The notes beneath the pieces were generated by a model that saw nothing but the letters and a program-made list of their open reading frames with translations, ran no database searches and was not told the origin of the DNA. Shown here piece by piece: positions 18,577 to 29,230 of a stretch of 64,000 nt of DNA (positions are counted from its first letter, which is position 1; every line of letters starts with the position of its first letter). The stretch lies in the NCBI GenBank assembly GCA_028718745.1, contig JAQULF010000002.1, positions 11,628 through 75,627 of the forward strand. The letters run 5' to 3'. This stretch comes from Patescibacteria group bacterium. GTDB lineage: Bacteria > Patescibacteriota > JACPGU01. The translations under genes and the position numbers were made by a program.

Positions 18577-19323
18577 ATGAATCTAACAGAAAAAACTTCC
18601 GAAGAATCAGATGGTTTGAACGAAAAAAAAGGAGCATTTTTAAAAAGAATTTTAACAGATCTTAAGAACTCTTTTTATTTTATTTGGGATATCGGCAAAA
18701 CTCTGATTTTTGTAATCGCCATAGCTTTTTTAATAAGATTCTATTTGGTTCAGCCTTTTTATGTAGAGGGCCAATCAATGGAGCCTGGTTTTAATAATGG
18801 CGAATATCTTTTAATTGATGAATTAACCTATCATTTCAGAAGTCCCGAGAGAGGTGAAGTGATTGTATTTCGACCACCTATCAGTACTTATCAAAATTAT
18901 ATAAAAAGAATTATAGCTCTTCCGGGAGAAGAAATTGATTTTCAAAACAATAGTAATGGAGATTTTATAATAAAAAATCAGAAACATATAACCGGCGAAA
19001 CACTTGAAGAACCATATCTTAACCCAAATACGCCGACACGATCAGAAAAAGATGTAAAATTAGAAGATCAAAATTATTTTGTTATGGGAGACAATCGCAC
19101 GCAAAGTTCCGATTCCAGAATATTCGGACCCGTGTTCAAAAAAAATATTACCGGTCGCGTTTGGTTTTATATCAAAATGGAGCCCTGGAAAAGTATTCAT
19201 TTAGGAGGTTTGAAGTTAACCATTCCGAAAATAAAATCTATGGGGAGAATCGCCAAGCCCCAATATAAAATCGATAATTTATCTTTCTCTATCCCGCAAG
19301 ATGATACTGATCGGCACGCCTAA
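18577..19323 (+). CDS. lepB: Signal peptidase I
   Basis: GQSMEP (Ser), YIKRIIALPGE (Lys), MGDNRTQSSDSR. Confidence 0.95.
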   Translation: MNLTEKTSEESDGLNEKKGAFLKRILTDLKNSFYFIWDIGKTLIFVIAIAFLIRFYLVQPFYVEGQSMEPGFNNGEYLLIDELTYHFRSPERGEVIVFRPPISTYQNYIKRIIALPGEEIDFQNNSNGDFIIKNQKHITGETLEEPYLNPNTPTRSEKDVKLEDQNYFVMGDNRTQSSDSRIFGPVFKKNITGRVWFYIKMEPWKSIHLGGLKLTIPKIKSMGRIAKPQYKIDNLSFSIPQDDTDRHA

Positions 19324-20580
19324 AAGATTCAATCTCAATCTTAGTTGGCCTTCGATATATTCGATATATTTCGGTTTAAAATATTTTTTGTTGTTTACAA
19401 ATATCACTATCTCAACCGGATTTTTGCCAGTTTGGACCGCATAAAAAACTTTCAAATCTATAAAGCCCATATCCAATATGATTTTTCTAATCATATTGTT
19501 GAGCAAAGAGGTTTTAATAGCAATACTTGATATGTTTTCCAGTCTTTTAATTTCTTCCAGCATCCTTTCGATGCCCTTTTCTTGGATAGCGGAAATAAAA
19601 ACAAAAGGAAACTTTTTGAAAATACTATAATCAATAGTTATCAACTCTTGATATTTTTTTTCTGTCATATCGGGCGACTTCAGATCCCATTTGTTTACTA
19701 CAACCAAAATACTTTTTCCTTTTTTCCAAGCGTAATTGATCAATTTTATATCATAGCTCGAAACTAATGAAGAAACATCTAGAAGATAGAGAACGATGTC
19801 CGCTCTATTTATAGATTCTATAGACTTATGAGAAGATTCCTTGTCTAACTTTTCATAAATTTTTGTTTTGCGTCTCAATCCAGCTGTATCGATAAAAAGA
19901 TAGTCTTTTTTCCCTATCTTGATTTTTTCGTCAATTGAGTCGCGCGTTGTTCCGGCAATCGTAGTAACAATGCTTCGTTCAGATCCATAAAGGGTGTTAA
20001 AAAGAGACGATTTACCTACATTGGGTTTTCCAATAATTGCAATTTTTGTAGTTTTTTCAGTAGTTGATTTTATACTCTTGTTTTTCCTAAATTTTAGCTT
20101 TTTTTGAATCAGCTCAATTAATTCTCCGATATCTAAATTAGCAATCGCTGATATAGCTACAACATCCGAAAAACCCAAAGCATAAAAATCATAGATATTA
20201 TTTTTTTCGGATTCTTTTTCAACTTTATTCACAACCAGGATCACTGGCTTCTTGGATTTTCGCAAAAGTTCTGCTATTCTTTTTTCTTCATCCCCTATAA
20301 CAACTTTGCCATCAACTACAAAAATTATAAGATCAAGGCGATCCAAATTCTTTAGGATACTTGATTGAACATTTTTTTCAATAACCTCCGCCGTATTAAA
20401 ATCAAATCCGCCGAAGTCAATTAACTCCGAAATGTTTCCATCCAGATCAAGCTCACCCGAAACATAATCTCGAGTGGTGCCGGCTATGGAAGAAGTAATC
20501 GATCTGCTCTTTTTTATTAATCGATTAAACAATGTTGATTTACCAACATTTGTTCGACCGATAATGCCAATCCTCTTCAT
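19279..20580 (-). CDS. der: Ribosome biogenesis GTPase Der/EngA (ORF extends to 20631)
   Basis: Two G domains (GRTNVGKS, GKPNVGKS; TTRD; NKVE/NKWD) plus KH-like domain. Confidence 0.95.
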   Translation of the reverse strand: MKRIGIIGRTNVGKSTLFNRLIKKSRSITSSIAGTTRDYVSGELDLDGNISELIDFGGFDFNTAEVIEKNVQSSILKNLDRLDLIIFVVDGKVVIGDEEKRIAELLRKSKKPVILVVNKVEKESEKNNIYDFYALGFSDVVAISAIANLDIGELIELIQKKLKFRKNKSIKSTTEKTTKIAIIGKPNVGKSSLFNTLYGSERSIVTTIAGTTRDSIDEKIKIGKKDYLFIDTAGLRRKTKIYEKLDKESSHKSIESINRADIVLYLLDVSSLVSSYDIKLINYAWKKGKSILVVVNKWDLKSPDMTEKKYQELITIDYSIFKKFPFVFISAIQEKGIERMLEEIKRLENISSIAIKTSLLNNMIRKIILDMGFIDLKVFYAVQTGKNPVEIVIFVNNKKYFKPKYIEYIEGQLRLRLNLLGVPISIILRDRER

Positions 20581-20623
20581 ATTTGTAATAATTCGTACCA
20601 AATTTGTAACGATTTGTAATCCA

Positions 20624-22621
20624 TTATTCAATTCTAGTGAGTTCTTTTTTCTTTTGCTGTTTTTTGAATGCGACCACTCGATCGCTTTCTTCTATCTTTA
20701 TTTTTGCTCCTTCAGTCTCTGTTTTAAAAACAACATTCAGTCCAAACTCTTTGCCTTTTTCAGCCTCATTTATTGTTTTGTCGCCTTCTTTCAAATTCAC
20801 CGCTTTTCCCTCTGCTATGAAATCCTCATTTCGATAAATTCTAATGATAGCGTCTTTTTCAAATTTACCTACATTTACTCTGACTCCCAATATCTTGTCG
20901 CGAGCCGAATCTTTAAAGATTTTTAGAACTTGACCTTTACCAATTTCAATTTCTTCCTCTTCCGGTTCGAGAAGCCCGGATAAGGTCAATACTACTTTGT
21001 CAATTAATTCATAAATAATATCAAATGTTTCAACTGCAACTTTAGTATTTTCCAATAATCTTTTGGCGTTTGAACTGATTTCAACTCGGAATCCAAGTAT
21101 AATGGCATCGGTTGCCTGCGCCATTTTTATATCAGAATCATTGATATCTCCCACTCCATCATTAATTATTTTTAAACTCACTTCTTCAAATTTCATATTC
21201 TCTAATGAATCCCGAATAGCCTTAAGCGAACCCATAAAATCTGACTTGATAATTAAATTCAATTCCCGTAAATTTCCGGAACGAACAGCCTCGGCAGCGT
21301 TAGTAAGAGAAAAAACATTTTGTTGAATTTTTTTAAATGAAGATTCTTTTCTATACTTCTCAATTTTGGCTTTCGCTTCGACATTTGATTCGCACACTTC
21401 CATCAAGTCTCCGAATTTTGGAACGGCAGATAAACCTGAAATTCGAACCGGATCAGACGGATAAGCTTCCTTAATTCTTTTCTTCTTGTAATCATTCATT
21501 GATTTTATTTTGCCCCAGACTCCTCGGCCTATCGTAACGGCATCTCCGATTTTCAGAATTCCATCTCGAACTAAAATTGTTGCTACAGGACCTCTTCCTG
21601 GATCGAGCTTTGCTTCAATTACAAATCCATTTGCCGGAACATCCGTATAACTTTCCAATTTTTTCATATCCGCTACTAACAATATCAAATCCAAAAGCTC
21701 ATCGACTCCTTGTCCTGTTTTTGCAGAAACGCTCCCCATTACAGTAGACCCTCCCCATTCTTCGGGAACAAGTCCGATATCAGCTAGTTCTCTTTTGGTT
21801 TTTTCTATATTGGCATCCGGTTTATCAATTTTGTTTATTGCCACAACTATTGGCACGCCGGCTTCTTTGGCAAAATTTACCGATTCTTTTGTCTGCGGTT
21901 TTACACCATCATCAGCCGCCACAACCAAAACCGCAACATCCGTAATGCGAACACCATGTTCGCGCATAGCCGAAAAAGCTGCGTGGCCAGGCGTATCGAT
22001 AAATGTTATCTTTCTTTTTTTTCTTTCGATCTGATAGGCGCCGATTCGCTGTGTTATTCCGCCTGATTCCCCCTCAATTACATTGGTTTTGCGAATATAA
22101 TCCAATAATTTTGTCTTGCCATGATCCACATGTCCAATAATTGTAATAACCGGTGGACGAATTTTTTTCTTTTTGCCGATTGTTCTATTTTCCACTTTAG
22201 AATTCTTACTAACCACTTTTTCTTCTCTTTTTATTTTGAATCCCAAATATTCTCCTACTATTTCCGCTGTCTCAAAATCGATATTTTCATTGAGCGAAGC
22301 CATGACTCCATTTTTGATCAATTCAGTCATAACGCGAGTTATCGGCAATTCTAGCTTTTCAGAAAATTCTTTTACCGAAATAACATCGGGAATTAAAATC
22401 GATTTTTCTTCAAGGATAGTTTCTTTTATTTCCTCTTCCGGCTTTATAACACTTTCCGTATTTAAGGTCATGCCTTTTTGTACCAACTCAATAAACTCTT
22501 TGGCTTTCTTATCGCTCATCGTATTGGATTTCTGGGCAATAGAAAAATCAAGCTCTTTTGCTTTATCGCGAACTTCTTTTATAGAGACACCCAATTTTTT
22601 TGCTATGTCAGATATCTTCAT
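20624..22621 (-). CDS. infB: Translation initiation factor IF-2
   Basis: GHVDHGKT, GGITQ, DTPGH, NKID. Confidence 0.97.
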   Translation of the reverse strand: MKISDIAKKLGVSIKEVRDKAKELDFSIAQKSNTMSDKKAKEFIELVQKGMTLNTESVIKPEEEIKETILEEKSILIPDVISVKEFSEKLELPITRVMTELIKNGVMASLNENIDFETAEIVGEYLGFKIKREEKVVSKNSKVENRTIGKKKKIRPPVITIIGHVDHGKTKLLDYIRKTNVIEGESGGITQRIGAYQIERKKRKITFIDTPGHAAFSAMREHGVRITDVAVLVVAADDGVKPQTKESVNFAKEAGVPIVVAINKIDKPDANIEKTKRELADIGLVPEEWGGSTVMGSVSAKTGQGVDELLDLILLVADMKKLESYTDVPANGFVIEAKLDPGRGPVATILVRDGILKIGDAVTIGRGVWGKIKSMNDYKKKRIKEAYPSDPVRISGLSAVPKFGDLMEVCESNVEAKAKIEKYRKESSFKKIQQNVFSLTNAAEAVRSGNLRELNLIIKSDFMGSLKAIRDSLENMKFEEVSLKIINDGVGDINDSDIKMAQATDAIILGFRVEISSNAKRLLENTKVAVETFDIIYELIDKVVLTLSGLLEPEEEEIEIGKGQVLKIFKDSARDKILGVRVNVGKFEKDAIIRIYRNEDFIAEGKAVNLKEGDKTINEAEKGKEFGLNVVFKTETEGAKIKIEESDRVVAFKKQQKKKELTRIE

Positions 22622-22722
22622 AGACCATCATTATACCATAAAATTTGCATTTTACAAAGAATGTGCTATAAATGTAGTTAAAGGTCGAGTATATTTAAAA
22701 AATAAAAATAAAACCTAGGACT

Positions 22723-22965
22723 ATGCATATGTGCAAAAAATGTTTTTTATCGTTAATAGGACTTCTCTTTTCTGCTAAGGTTATATTCATTGTTGTTTAT
22801 TGGATTGTCGCAGGCAAAATGGTTGTTACAATGAATAATTGGATGGCTCCTACATGGCTTTTCTATATGGGAATAATCGTAGATGCGATATTGGCTCTTT
22901 GGGCATTTAAGCTTGTGATGATTTGTGATTGTGAGTGCAAGACTACAAAGAAAAAGAAGAGATAG
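22723..22965 (+). CDS. Small membrane protein
   Basis: Two TM segments and a basic tail. Confidence 0.6.
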   Translation: MHMCKKCFLSLIGLLFSAKVIFIVVYWIVAGKMVVTMNNWMAPTWLFYMGIIVDAILALWAFKLVMICDCECKTTKKKKR

Positions 22966-22971
22966 ATTATC

Positions 22972-23007
22972 AAAAAATCATCCCCGATTAATCGGGGATG
23001 ATTTTTT
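22972..23007. terminator. Bidirectional terminator
   Basis: Perfect palindrome AAAAAATCATCCCCGAT-TA-ATCGGGGATGATTTTTT between convergent genes. Confidence 0.85.
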
Positions 23008-23017
23008 ATTTAAAACT

Positions 23018-26000
23018 TTATCCTATCCTCTTTCTCTTAAATCCTTCAATTTTTAACGGACCTTTTTTGAATGTTGAGGCGGAAAAGAAATCGATGCCAC
23101 CAGATTTCTTGGGCTTAACTTTCTTTAGAGTTTTTACTTTTTTCACAACAGCTTTTTTAATTGGTTTTTTAGGCTTAACTTTTTTAACAATTTTTTTGAC
23201 TGTTTTTTTCAGCTTAACCTTTTTGATCAGTTTAATCTTTTTGACAACCTTCTTTATGGGTTTTGGCGGTTTAATTTTTTTAACAGATTTTTCTTTTTTT
23301 ATCGCTCCAGTCTTTTCTATTTTCTTAATCTTTTCCTGCTTGGGCGCAAAATTTTGCGCCCCTACGGTTTTGTTTTTCTTTTCCTTTTTCTCATGATACT
23401 TTTCTTCCTGACTCATTCCAATAATCTCGAGTCCTTCATCAACTTTTTCCAATTCACTAATCTCTTCAACCTCAACATCTTCTCGCTTTATTGCTTTCTG
23501 GCTTTCTTGCTTTATTGTTTTTTTGTCCTCCGCCTTCTTCTCCCCGCCTGCATCGCTATGCGAAGCATTGCGGGCAGGTCCCGCATCACTCTTACTCGCT
23601 TCGTCATCTTCTTCGTTGGAAATTATACTCATTGAGGCGATCTTATCACCTTCATGCATCTTCATTATCTTAACGCCTTGAGTGGAACGACCGATTGTCC
23701 GAATATCTTTCAATGGTGTTCGAATTACTTGACCTTCTTTTGAAATACAGATTAAATCCATGTCGCGAGAATCATCTACCACCATAGTTCCAATAAGTTT
23801 TCCCGTCTTTTCAGTAACATTGGCAGTTTTAACTCCTGATCCCCCACGATTTTGAGCAGTATATTCTTCTATCGGCGTTTTCTTACCAAGACCATTTTCT
23901 GATAAAACCAATAATTTTAATCCTTTTTCTCCTTCGGTAATAACATCTGATCCAACAACGAAATCATCGCCTCTCATTTTCATACCTCTTACTCCTCGGC
24001 TCGCTCTACCCATTGGTCTGGCATCTTTTTCATTGAAGCGAATCGATTGACCTTGAGAACTTACCATCATCACATCGTCCTTCCCTGAAGTTAATTTAAC
24101 CCAGTCTAGTTCATCGCCGCTATCTAATTTAATCGCGATAATTCCGCTCTTCCTAACATTTTTATAATCAGCAATTTTAGTTTTCTTAATCGTTCCTTTT
24201 TTAGTAATCATAAACATATATCCTTCTTGTTCCGGATTTTTCAAAGTAATCATCGAGGTTACTTTTTCGTCACTACCAACTTGAATGATATTTACCACCG
24301 CCTGTCCTTTGGCAATACGAGATGAAATCGGAATTTCAAAAGTTCTCGTTTGGAACACTCTGCCTTTGTTTGTAAAGAATAGAAGGTAATCATGATTCAT
24401 TGTGGTTGTGATATGTGCAATAGAATCTTCCTCTTTCATTGTCGCGCCAATCACACCTTTACCTCCGCGAGACTGTGTGCGGTAAGTATTTATCGGCATT
24501 CTCTTTATGTAACCGCCTTCGGATAATGTGACAATTACTTCTTCATTCGGCACCAAGTCTTCATCGCGGAATTGTCCGATGGCCTTCTTTACAATTTTGG
24601 TTCTTCTGTCATTACCGTGTTTTTCTTTTACTTCCAACATTTCATCTTTAATAATTTTCATTATCCTTTTCTCATCAGCAAGTACCGCTTCAAGCTCCTT
24701 TATTAAAGCTTTAACCTCTTTATACTCATCCTCAATTTTTTGGCGCTCAAGAGCTGCGAGAGCAGATAAGCGCATATCCAAAATTGCTTGCGATTGAATA
24801 TCGGAAAGCTTGAATTTTTTCATCAAGTTTTCTTTAGCTTCCTCTTTATTTTTGGATTTACGAATTGTTGATATAACTTCGTCGAGGTGATCTAGCGCTA
24901 TTTTTAAACCTTCCAAGATATGCATTCGATCTTTTGCTTTTTTCAATTCAAATTGAGTTCTGCGAATTACCACTTCTTTTCTATGCGCGATATAATATTC
25001 CAAAACTTCTTTAAGATTCAAAACTCGTGGTTGAAGACCATCGACTAACGCCAACATATTTACAGAGAATGTATCCTGAAGCGATGTCATTTTATACAAT
25101 GAATTCAAAATCTTTTGCGGATACGCATCTTTCTTTAATTCAATAACTACGCGCACGCCATCTCGGTCCGATTCATCGCGAAGATCGGAAATTCCTAAGA
25201 TCTTTTTTTCCTTGTGAAGCATTGCAATTTTTTCTACAAGTGTTGCTTTATTCACTTGATATGGAAGTTCTGAAATTATGATTTTGAAATCTCCGCCTTT
25301 CTTGCCTTCTTCGATTTTTGCTTCTCCTCGCATCACTACTCTTCCTTTTCCGGTCGTGTAGGCTTGTTTGATTTCTTCCGCATTGTAAATAGAACCTCCG
25401 GTTGGAAAATCGGGACCCGGAATAAATTGCATCAGATCTTCCGCCGTCGCGTTTTTGTTATCGATAAGATGAATCGTCGCATCCACTAACTCGCCAAGAT
25501 TATGTGGCGGAATTTTTGTTGCCATACCTACGGCAATACCTTCTACTCCGTTAAGGAGCAAGCTTGGAACTTTTGATGGCAAGACCTGCGGCTCTTGTTG
25601 TGAACCATCATAGTTTGGTATAAAATTGACTGTTTCTTTTTCTAAATCAAAAAGCATTTCCTCTGCGATTTTTGTTAATTTTGCTTCTGTATAACGCATG
25701 GCAGCGGCACTATCTCCGTCCATCGAGCCGAAGTTACCCTGACCATTTACAAAAGGATATCGCATTGAGAAATCTTGCGCCATTCTCACCATTGATTCAT
25801 AAATGGCCGTATCTCCATGAGGGTGATATTTACCCATAACATCACCGACGATACGAGCAGATTTGCTAAATTTTGCATTGGCTTTCAAACCGGTATTCCA
25901 CATAGAAAATAAAATTCTACGGTGAATCGGTTTCATTCCATCTCTCACATCAGGAAGTGCGCGCTGAACAATAACGCTCATCGCATAGTCAAGAAATGAT

Positions 26001-26143
26001 TCCTGCATTTCCGTCACAATCTCGCGAGGCTTCAAATATCCATAGCGAAGATCATCAACTGCAGGCTCCACAGCTTTTGCGGTTTTTTCATTCTCTAAAT
26101 TTTCCTTGTCCGCCGATGAGGCGGAATCTTTTTCATCTGGCAT
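23018..26143 (-). CDS. gyrA: DNA gyrase subunit A with a long acidic then Lys-rich C-terminal tail
   Basis: [22 protein letters not shown], GyrA-box QSRGGKG. Confidence 0.97.
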   Translation of the reverse strand: MPDEKDSASSADKENLENEKTAKAVEPAVDDLRYGYLKPREIVTEMQESFLDYAMSVIVQRALPDVRDGMKPIHRRILFSMWNTGLKANAKFSKSARIVGDVMGKYHPHGDTAIYESMVRMAQDFSMRYPFVNGQGNFGSMDGDSAAAMRYTEAKLTKIAEEMLFDLEKETVNFIPNYDGSQQEPQVLPSKVPSLLLNGVEGIAVGMATKIPPHNLGELVDATIHLIDNKNATAEDLMQFIPGPDFPTGGSIYNAEEIKQAYTTGKGRVVMRGEAKIEEGKKGGDFKIIISELPYQVNKATLVEKIAMLHKEKKILGISDLRDESDRDGVRVVIELKKDAYPQKILNSLYKMTSLQDTFSVNMLALVDGLQPRVLNLKEVLEYYIAHRKEVVIRRTQFELKKAKDRMHILEGLKIALDHLDEVISTIRKSKNKEEAKENLMKKFKLSDIQSQAILDMRLSALAALERQKIEDEYKEVKALIKELEAVLADEKRIMKIIKDEMLEVKEKHGNDRRTKIVKKAIGQFRDEDLVPNEEVIVTLSEGGYIKRMPINTYRTQSRGGKGVIGATMKEEDSIAHITTTMNHDYLLFFTNKGRVFQTRTFEIPISSRIAKGQAVVNIIQVGSDEKVTSMITLKNPEQEGYMFMITKKGTIKKTKIADYKNVRKSGIIAIKLDSGDELDWVKLTSGKDDVMMVSSQGQSIRFNEKDARPMGRASRGVRGMKMRGDDFVVGSDVITEGEKGLKLLVLSENGLGKKTPIEEYTAQNRGGSGVKTANVTEKTGKLIGTMVVDDSRDMDLICISKEGQVIRTPLKDIRTIGRSTQGVKIMKMHEGDKIASMSIISNEEDDEASKSDAGPARNASHSDAGGEKKAEDKKTIKQESQKAIKREDVEVEEISELEKVDEGLEIIGMSQEEKYHEKKEKKNKTVGAQNFAPKQEKIKKIEKTGAIKKEKSVKKIKPPKPIKKVVKKIKLIKKVKLKKTVKKIVKKVKPKKPIKKAVVKKVKTLKKVKPKKSGGIDFFSASTFKKGPLKIEGFKRKRIG

Positions 26144-26155
26144 ATTTCTAAAAAT

Positions 26156-26341
26156 TTATTTTGCTAAATTATTTTGTATAGGAAAATCCCGCTTCGACCA
26201 ATCATATCTCACATCATATTCAAAAAAGTATGTGGCAATAAGAAGGGCGATTAAAAAAATAAAAATTAATGGAAATAGAATCTTCATAAAAGCATAAACT
26301 GCCGATCGCACATTTTTAATTTTATCTTTTTCTTCTGGCAT
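26156..26341 (-). CDS. Small single-TM protein
   Basis: 61 aa; start region duplicates the gyrA start. Confidence 0.6.
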   Translation of the reverse strand: MPEEKDKIKNVRSAVYAFMKILFPLIFIFLIALLIATYFFEYDVRYDWSKRDFPIQNNLAK

Positions 26342-26353
26342 ATGTCTAAAAAA

Positions 26354-26962
26354 TTATTTCACAAGTTTTATATTAGTAAAAAAGGAATAACATTGACCAA
26401 CGCCACCCCTAGGAGCAGACTCTAACTTTGTCACAGTAATCTCAACGGGATTTTCTTTGTTACTGGCGATTATTTTTTCTAAATCACTAACCGGAATAAT
26501 GTTTTGTTCGGTACATCCAATGCCGATACTGTTTTCTTCCAAAAAAGCGTTGCCCACATTCTCTTTCAAGAAATCGTAAACAAGATCACTGCTGCTTTTT
26601 GTGAGAACAAAATATATATAATCTGAGCTTGCTATATCGCAACCATAACTACCAATCGCACATTCCCTGTGTTTTATATCTACATAGCCATCGAAAGTAA
26701 AGTCTCCCCATAAGTCTTTTATTCCATATTTATTTTTTTCAAAAAAAACATTCCCTTGCTTAATGGAGTTAGAATTAACCAACGGTTGTTTAGCTTCTTC
26801 TGTGTTGTTTGTATCATTATATTTATTTTGTAAAGCTGAGACTTCTGTAATTACCTTAGCTTTCCCGCCATTTAAAATACCTTTTTGCCACAAATAAACT
26901 CCGCCGCCAGAAACTCCAGCAACAACTATGATTAGCAAAATTGTTAGAATTATTTTTTTCAT
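26354..26962 (-). CDS. Exported hypothetical protein
   Basis: N-terminal TM/signal peptide, four Cys. Confidence 0.7.
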   Translation of the reverse strand: MKKIILTILLIIVVAGVSGGGVYLWQKGILNGGKAKVITEVSALQNKYNDTNNTEEAKQPLVNSNSIKQGNVFFEKNKYGIKDLWGDFTFDGYVDIKHRECAIGSYGCDIASSDYIYFVLTKSSSDLVYDFLKENVGNAFLEENSIGIGCTEQNIIPVSDLEKIIASNKENPVEITVTKLESAPRGGVGQCYSFFTNIKLVK

Positions 26963-26965
26963 TTT

Positions 26966-29077
26966 TTATATATCTAGATTTTTAACACTCTTCGCATGCG
27001 CTTGGATGAACCGTTTGCGAGGGGGTACTTCGTCCCCCATCAAAGTTGAGAAAACTTCGTCTGCTTTGGCTGCATCATCAACTGATACACGAAGAAGAAT
27101 TCTGTTTTTTGGTTCCATGGTGGTTTCCCATAATTGTTCTGGGTTCATTTCACCCAAACCTTTGTAGCGCTGAATATTAATCTTTGGACCCTTTTTCTTA
27201 TCTTCAACAACTTCTTCGCCTTCTTCTGATTCCGAAACTTCAACAACCTCTTCGGGCTGAAGATCTTCAGCCCCTACGGACTCATCTTCTTTCTTCCCTT
27301 TTTTATCCTTTGCTTCAGCCTCCGCCTTTTCTAACATTTCAGCAACAATTTGTTCTTTCTCATCATCAGCATAGGCATATTTGGATTCTTTTCCTTTTGT
27401 GATTTTGTAAAGTGGTGGTTGAGCGATATAAACATGTCCGTCATTTACCAATGATGTCATATGGCGGAAGAAAAATGTCAAAAGTAATGAACGAATGTGC
27501 GCTCCATCAACATCGGCATCTGTCATGATAATAATTCGATCATAGCGAAGACGGGAATCATCGTATGTATCTCCTATTCCAACTCCTAAAGCAACGATCA
27601 AGGCGCGAATTTCAGTAGAAGCTAGCATGCGATCAAGTCTTGCGCGTTCTACATTTAAGATTTTTCCACGAAGCGGAAGTATGGCTTGAAAATTTCTGTC
27701 TCTTCCTTGTTTTGCCGAACCGCCAGCCGAGTCTCCCTCTACTATATATAGTTCGCATTCTTCCGCTTTCTTTGATGAACAGTCAGCCAGTTTTCCCGGA
27801 AGCGTCATACCTTCCAGAGCGCCCTTTCGTATAACAGTATCGCGAGCTGCTTTTGCAGCAAGTCTTGCCCGAGCCGCCAAGACATTTTTCTCAATCATTT
27901 TCTTTGCTTCAGCAGGATTTTCTTCTAAATATATCGTAAGCCCTTCGGCAACAACGCTATCAACTGCCGTGCGAGCCTCCGGATTTCCCAATTTTGCTTT
28001 GGTCTGACCTTCAAATTGTGGCGAAGGAAGTTTGATTGATAGAATAGCTGTCAATCCTTCTCTCACATCATCACCGGAAAGGTTGTCATCATTATCTTTT
28101 AGCAATCCCGCTTTCCTAGCGTAATCGTTGAGAGCACGAGTTAGCGCAGTTCGAAAACCGGTCAGATGCATACCGCCATCCGGAGTGTAGATGTTATTCG
28201 CAAACGAGAGAACATTCTCATTAAAAGCATCCGTATATTGAATAGCTACTTCTATGGTCATAGCATCCACAGCTTTGATGACATAAAATGGTGGATAATT
28301 TAGCTGATCCTTATTCTTATTGATATGTAAAACATAAGAGGAAACACCGCCTTCGAAATAGTAAGTTTCTTTTTTCTTGGGGTATTTAACTTTGCCTTTT
28401 TTACCAAATTCATCCTCATTTTCAGATTCAACCTCTTCTCTTAAATCTACGACCGTAATATTTAACCCTCTATTTAAGTAGGCAGTTTGACGACAATGTT
28501 CAGAGATTGTTTTAAAAGAGAATTTGGTCGTTTCAAATATAGAAGTGTCGGGCTGAAAAATAATTTTGGTTCCGGTGCCGGTAGCCTTACCTTCTTCTTT
28601 TAATTTCCCAGTCGCATGACCGACTTTGTATTCTTGACTATAAAGTTTACCATCTACTTTTACTTCTGCTCGAAGGTAAGTTGACAATGCGTTTACCACA
28701 GAAACACCCACACCATGAAGACCTCCGGAAACTTTATACCCTTCGCCACCAAATTTCCCTCCGGCGTGAAGAACGGTTAATACAGTTTCCAAAGCTGATT
28801 TGCCAGTTACTTTGTGTTTCCCAATTGGAATACCGCGACCATTGTCAGTAACCGCAACCCTATCATTCGGTAAAACTTCAACCAAAACTTCGGTGGCGAA
28901 TCCCGCCATCGCTTCATCCACTGCATTGTCCAAAACTTCCCACACCATGTGATGAAGGCCGGCAATACCGGTAGAACCGATATACATTCCAGGACGCAAT
29001 CGAACCGGCTCCAAGCCTTCCAAAACTTGGATTGATTCAGCGGTATATTTTTTAGAAGCTTCCTTAGCGCTAGCCAT
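26966..29077 (-). CDS. gyrB: DNA gyrase subunit B
   Basis: RPGMYIG, GGLHGVG, VEGDSAGG, DADVDG, YKGLGEMNP. Confidence 0.97.
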   Translation of the reverse strand: MASAKEASKKYTAESIQVLEGLEPVRLRPGMYIGSTGIAGLHHMVWEVLDNAVDEAMAGFATEVLVEVLPNDRVAVTDNGRGIPIGKHKVTGKSALETVLTVLHAGGKFGGEGYKVSGGLHGVGVSVVNALSTYLRAEVKVDGKLYSQEYKVGHATGKLKEEGKATGTGTKIIFQPDTSIFETTKFSFKTISEHCRQTAYLNRGLNITVVDLREEVESENEDEFGKKGKVKYPKKKETYYFEGGVSSYVLHINKNKDQLNYPPFYVIKAVDAMTIEVAIQYTDAFNENVLSFANNIYTPDGGMHLTGFRTALTRALNDYARKAGLLKDNDDNLSGDDVREGLTAILSIKLPSPQFEGQTKAKLGNPEARTAVDSVVAEGLTIYLEENPAEAKKMIEKNVLAARARLAAKAARDTVIRKGALEGMTLPGKLADCSSKKAEECELYIVEGDSAGGSAKQGRDRNFQAILPLRGKILNVERARLDRMLASTEIRALIVALGVGIGDTYDDSRLRYDRIIIMTDADVDGAHIRSLLLTFFFRHMTSLVNDGHVYIAQPPLYKITKGKESKYAYADDEKEQIVAEMLEKAEAEAKDKKGKKEDESVGAEDLQPEEVVEVSESEEGEEVVEDKKKGPKINIQRYKGLGEMNPEQLWETTMEPKNRILLRVSVDDAAKADEVFSTLMGDEVPPRKRFIQAHAKSVKNLDI

Positions 29078-29197
29078 AATTTAAAATATTCTATTATTTC
29101 TAATAATTTACCAAAGAAAAATAACGAGGTTTATAAAACCTATTACTTATCTAGTATACTCCAAAACACCTTCCAAAGCAATAAAAAAATAGCCTCT

Positions 29198-29230
29198 CTA
29201 ATAAGCTAATAAGCTACAAGCTACAAGCTA
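29198..29230. repeat. Short 7/8-mer tandem repeat (CTAATAAG x2, CTACAAG x2)
   Basis: Seen directly. Confidence 0.7.
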
